Of a stretch of DNA of 64,000 nucleotides, positions 59,152-64,000 are shown piece by piece. Source of the DNA: Cyanophora paradoxa CCMP329 (Eukaryota; Plantae; Glaucophyta); NCBI GenBank assembly GCA_004431415.1, contig QPMI01000039.1, positions 624,277-688,276 on the forward strand, given 5' to 3'. A program made the translations under genes and the position numbers. Every line of letters begins with the position of its first letter. The first letter of the stretch is position 1. A model generated the notes under the pieces. That model saw nothing but the letters and a program-made list of their open reading frames with translations, was not told the DNA's origin and ran no database searches.

Positions 59152-59638
59152 AGTGATTGTGTGAGTCGACGTCCGACGGTCCAGAATCTCCAGATCTAGA
59201 TCAATAATTTAATATAATATGATACAAATCCATGCACACTTCACCTTGGATTTCAAGTTTAGAAGTCAACAAATGGGTACAGTATACATTCACGTACGTC
59301 GGGCTTGCGTACGTACACTCGAGCTCTGGGGTTCCGATTCCGAAGTTCGTGACTATATATACGGTACATACGGTTATAACGTTTCACGCTAACTTGTATA
59401 GCGTTCAACGGTTAATTCGACTCGGCGATATTCCGACTCGGCGACTCGGCGACCCGCGGCCGGCCCCGACGTCGATCGACCGTCGGACCCTCGATCGCGA
59501 GCTCGATCGATCCCGGGGACCCGGACTCGGAGTCCAATTTAAGTACTACGTATCCGCGTACGGTACTACGGTACTACTAGCTATAGGCTAGCTATAGTCG
59601 ACGTCGGTCCGGCGCGTTGAATTTTAAAATAAAACTAA

Positions 59639-62538
59639 TCAGGCGAAGCCTCTTTCTCAAACCCAAAAACCGCCGATATAAATTCCTTTTTTAACCTTTT
59701 TTTCCACTCGAGATCCCCCCTGATAAATAATTTCCGTGTCGCACTCCCTCGAGGCAGAATTATTAATTCTGCCTCGACACGGTCACGATTGCCGCTAATG
59801 ACTCAGCTACCCTAACCCCCACACACCTCTCTAGATCCATTTTTAGCGTCCTGGCTCCCCTAAGACGACCGCTCCCCCGTGGGCGTCGCGCGAATATCAA
59901 ATTTCCCTCTGGATCAAATCCGGTCCTTAACCTCCGACAAATGCAGTCCAGGTCAGAAGGTGGGACCGGGTCAGGCGAAGCCTCTTTCAGGCGAAGCCTC
60001 TTTCTCAAACCCAAAAACCGCCGATATAAATTCCTTTTTTAACCTTTTTTTCCACTCAAGATCCCCCCTGCTAAATAATTTCCGCGTCGCACTCCCTCGA
60101 GGACGAATTATTAATTCTGCCTCGACACGGACGCGATTGCCGCTAATGACTCAGCTACCCTAACCCCCACAGACCTCTCTAGATCCATTTTTAGCGTCGT
60201 GGCTCCCCTAAGACGACCGCTCGCCCGTGGGCGTCGCGCGAAAATCGAATTTCCCTCTGGATCAATTCCGGTACTTAACCTCCGACAAATGCAGTCCGAG
60301 TCAGAAGGTGGGACCCGGTCCCGCCCGGTCCCGCGACGAAATCGCGCCAGGGACGCCCCAGAACGATACAGAATGCCGCGCGAGGGCGAGCGCATCGCCG
60401 CAAGCTCGATTTCAAGCGCCGTCGACGCTCCAGTGCGAAGAGTCGGCCGAAAATTTGATCCAGCGCTAGCCGGTCCCGCCCGGTCCCGCGACGCGCGCAA
60501 TCGATGCGTACTGGCGCGCATGGACATAGCAGGGCCTGCGCACCCCCGAAATCCGCTTTTCGGAGCCGGAACAGCGCAGGAAGGTACCCGACGGCCAAAA
60601 TTCGATCCTGCACGCGCCCTGACATCTTTCCGCGCGCCCACGCCGCGGCGCATGCGCGGAACGATAGCATAAGCATTTAAGATGTAGGCAAAGTCTTCCG
60701 CACGCTTTGCGTATGCGACGGGCCGCGAGGACCCAGCCGACCCCGAAAATTCGATCCTGCATGGACCTGCACATCTTTCCGCGCGCCCTCGCCTCGAGCT
60801 CCGCAGCCCCGCACATCGATGCTATAGCTATATGCATTCAAGATTCTGTTTAAGCGATTCGCAAGCTCTGTGCATGCGCCTGGCCGCGAGAACCTTGCCC
60901 CTCCCGGGCCTCCCTCTCAACAATATTATATATAATTCATCTCCTCTAATCTCAACCTGCTCCGGCCTCCCTTTATTTCCTCAGTACATTAATATTCCTC
61001 TAGTTATATTCCTCTAGCCGGCCAGCGGTAGCTGGACTGGCCGTCAGCCGGCCAGCTTCCAACCAGAAAGCTGTTCGCGATCGGCCAGGCCGCTGGCCAG
61101 TGCCCTATAGGCCTACTGTGACAGCCGCGAGGGCGTCCGCGAGGCTTCGCCGTACTTAGTGCTCCGCAGGAGCACGGATCTTGTCTCAAACCCAAAAACC
61201 GCCGATATAAATTCCTTTTTTAACCTTTTTTTCCACTCGAGATCCCCCCTGATAAATAATTTCCGTGTCGCACTCCCTCGAGGCAGAATTATTAATTCTG
61301 CCTCGACACGGTCACGATTGCCGCTAATGACTCAGCTACCCTAACCCCCACACACCTCTCTAGATCCATTTTTAGCGTCCTGGCTCCCCTAAGACGACCG
61401 CTCCCCCGTGGGCGTCGCGCGAATATCAAATTTCCCTCTGGATCAAATCCGGTCCTTAACCTCCGACAAATGCAGTCCAGGTCAGAAGGTGGGACCCGGT
61501 CCCGCCCGGTCCCGCGACGAAATCGCGCCAGGGACGCCCCAGAACGATAAAGAGTGACGGGCGAGGGCGAGCGCATCGACGCAAGCTCGATTTCGGGCGC
61601 CGTCAACGCTCCAGTCCGAACAGTAGGCCGAAAATTTGATCCGGCCGGTTCCGGCCGGTTCCGCGAGGCGCGCATTCGATGCGTACTGGCGCGCATAGAC
61701 ATAGCAGGGCCTGCGCACCCCCGAAATCTGCTTTTCGGAGCCGGAATAGCGCAAGAAGGTACCGGACATCAAAAATTCGATCCTGCACAAACCTGGACAG
61801 CTTTCCGCGCGCCAACGCCGCGGCGCATGCGCGGAACGATAGCATAAGCATTTGAGATGTAGACAAAGCATTCCGCACGGTCTCTAAATGCGCCGGGCCG
61901 CGAGGACCCAGCCGACGCCGAAAATTCGATCCTGGACGGACCTGCACAGCTTTCCGCGCGCCCTCGCATCCTCACGCGTGCGCATCCCTACAACAGTAGT
62001 TTGAGATCTTTGTCAAGCTTTTCGCGAACTCTAGAGATGCGACAGGGCGCGAGAATCCAGCCGACCCCGAAAATTCGATCCTGGCCAGGCCTGCAAAGCT
62101 TTCCGTGTGCCCTTGCCTCCGCACCCTGCACATCGATGCTATATGCATTCTAGATTCTGTTTAAGCGATTCCCAAGCTCTGTGCATGCGCCTGGCCGCGA
62201 GAACCTCGCCCCTCCCAGGCCCGGCGGCCTCCCTCCCAACAATATTATATAGTTAATCTCCTCTCAATCTGCTCCACCAGTTAAAAGCAAGCGTTACCGG
62301 TTCAACTCCGGTCTCCCCTAGTTAATTATATATTCCCTCTCCTCATTACATTGCTCTCTGGCCAGCCAGCTCTCCCTCGAGCTGGCTAAAGCGGGCCAGC
62401 CCATGGCCGGTGCCAAGCCGGCGAAACCCGGCCATGCAGCTGGGCGGGGCCGGGTCCAGCTGGCCTCCTACTGTGACAGCCGCGAGGGCGTCCGCGAGGC
62501 TTCGCCGTACTTAGTGCTCCGCAGGAGCACGGATCTTG
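59639..62538 (+). mobile_element. Head-to-tail array of non-autonomous Helitron-like elements (one truncated + two full units)
   Basis: A|TC start at 59639 and CTTG|T end at 62538. 3' hairpin GTGCTCC-gca-GGAGCAC lies just before CTTG at both 61183 and 62538. Units restart at 59971/59987 and 61184 (junction CTTG|TCTCAAACCC). Confidence 0.8.
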
Positions 62539-63279
62539 TTAATATTAATTGGCTCTGACTTATAATTAGATTTAATAATTTGTTGATTCCCAAGTTGACG
62601 CGGCACTTCCGAAGTTCAACGTGCACGTGGTAGGTTAATTGCACATGTTGACGTCACTTTTACGTCCTCGTCGACGATGTCACGTCGATGTGTCGCACTC
62701 ACTTGAGCAGCTCCCATTCACGTACGCGTGCACCCGGTACCCGGCCCCGCGGATCGCGTCCCCTTGGGACATCAGCAGATGCCGCGCACGCACGCATGCA
62801 TATGGCGGGAGCAATGTTGTCACAGCTGCAGTACTAGCTATAGTGGAATCCCTGTGATTCCCGATACCGTGACTTGTATCCTCGTTGTGTACTACGAGTG
62901 GGCACGCCCACCGTAGATCTTAAAAAAAATATAGTGTGACAGTAGTAGTGTCTAGATCTATGGCTAAGGAAGCTCCCCCGCGCACCGCGCGATCTAGATC
63001 TTGTCATCATCTTGATCGTAAGCGTTCGCACTCGTCACGGCGTGTAGAGCCATAGCAGCGACGTAATATGCACAGTTTACGTATACTAGTGCGTACGTAA
63101 ACGTTGCGCATCGACCTCCCCGGCGACCTCCCGCATACGCGTGATAGCTAAACAGCGCGGCCAGAATTCGAAGCCCAGAAGCTCCGATCCGATCGATCAT
63201 CAGCAGCGCACGTGCACATCGCATTTGCAGTCAGCACGTCCGTACGCGTGAGTGTTTCAGCGAAGTCTAGCTCGTTTGT

Positions 63280-64000
63280 CAGACCGGAGCATCCTCACAA
63301 GCTTCGGCGCCAGTTCACCCGCGGCCCGCCTAGCCAGCAGCGCCCACGTGCGCGTACGCGTACGCCAGAGACAACCTCCGAGAAATCCGATCCGAGCAAT
63401 CGCGATGCCGGTGCTTGCGGCCGCGCCTCGCCTGCTGCTGGCGCGGCGTCGCTGACGCGCGCGTACGCCGCCCTGCCACGCAGACCCCGGCCCTACAAGT
63501 CGGCTGGCTCCCCTTCGTCGATCAGCGGAACGAGCCCCGCGCGCTCCGCGTCGCCGTGCGGAAAGTAAAGGCGGAGTGCTGCCGGGCGGAGGCCGGCGCC
63601 GGCGCGCCGCGGACCCGGGCCGTCTCGTGCGTCGTGTCGGGCGACTGGCTCGACCTCGTCGCCTCCGTCGCCCGCTCCGTCGGCGTCCCGTACGGTCCGC
63701 CGCCCCGCCCGCCCGAGCTCGCAATTGAAGCGTGCACGGCGCCGGCGCTGACCGTGGCGCGCCTGCTGTCGCGCAGCGGAGCTCCTCGGGAACGACCGCT
63801 ACGGCAACGTGACGGCCATCGTCGCCCTCTGCACCACGTGCGCCCCGCTCCACCCCCCCCGGACGCCCGCCCGCGAGCCCGATCTCACCCCGGATCGCGC
63901 GCGCGGCAGGCGGCAGTACCAGCCGGACCCGCGGCCGAGGCAGCCCCTGAACGAGCGGCGGTACCAGCGGACGGAGGAGAGCGCGCGGCGCATGCGCGCC
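63280..64000 (+). CDS. 5' part of an unidentified spliced gene (window-truncated)
   Basis: Exon-like segments TPALQVGWLPFVDQRNEPRALRVAVRKVK...GDWLDLVASVARSVGVPY/AELLGNDRYGNVTAIVALCTT bounded by gtccgc/gtgcgc...gcag introns. Confidence 0.4.

Noticed and set aside
59806-59822. Telomeric CCCTAA repeat
   Set aside because: A single unit inside each Helitron copy, not an array.
1-64000. Most long Arg/Pro/Gly/Ala-rich ORFs in the six-frame track
   Set aside because: They result from stop-codon scarcity at very high GC; real genes are split into short exons.

Overview
This is eukaryotic, very GC-rich (algal/protist) genomic DNA with dense ~50-90 nt introns, many using GC-AG splice sites. Most ORFs in the supplied track are GC artefacts, so the genes below were spliced by hand and coordinates are approximate. 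An mTERF with a Phe-containing N-terminal presequence, a microbial rhodopsin and a PAS hybrid histidine kinase suggest a plastid-bearing alga, possibly a glaucophyte (inference). The main result is in 1-21 kb, a tandem segmental duplication carrying two paralogous receptor-like genes. They share upstream DNA, a C-terminal right-handed beta-helix of near-identical 138-bp repeats that vary only at a few codons, and downstream DNA. Their N-terminal modules differ and join at the same phase-0 intron: an MLKL-like four-helix bundle plus non-RD kinase (4892-9014) versus a TIR domain with its catalytic Glu (17397-19905). This resembles an NLR-independent, modular, diversifying innate-immune/cell-death receptor family. 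The window also holds a 5'-disrupted hybrid histidine kinase, a degenerate TIR-coiled-coil gene, and a rhodopsin (E-T-N motif, ~200-aa N-terminal extension) head-to-head with an NlpC/P60 gene. Further on are a glycosyltransferase-like gene, a tail-anchored metallothionein-like gene built from six tandem exon duplications, an mTERF, an AP2-like gene, a CACTA-like element and a head-to-tail Helitron array.
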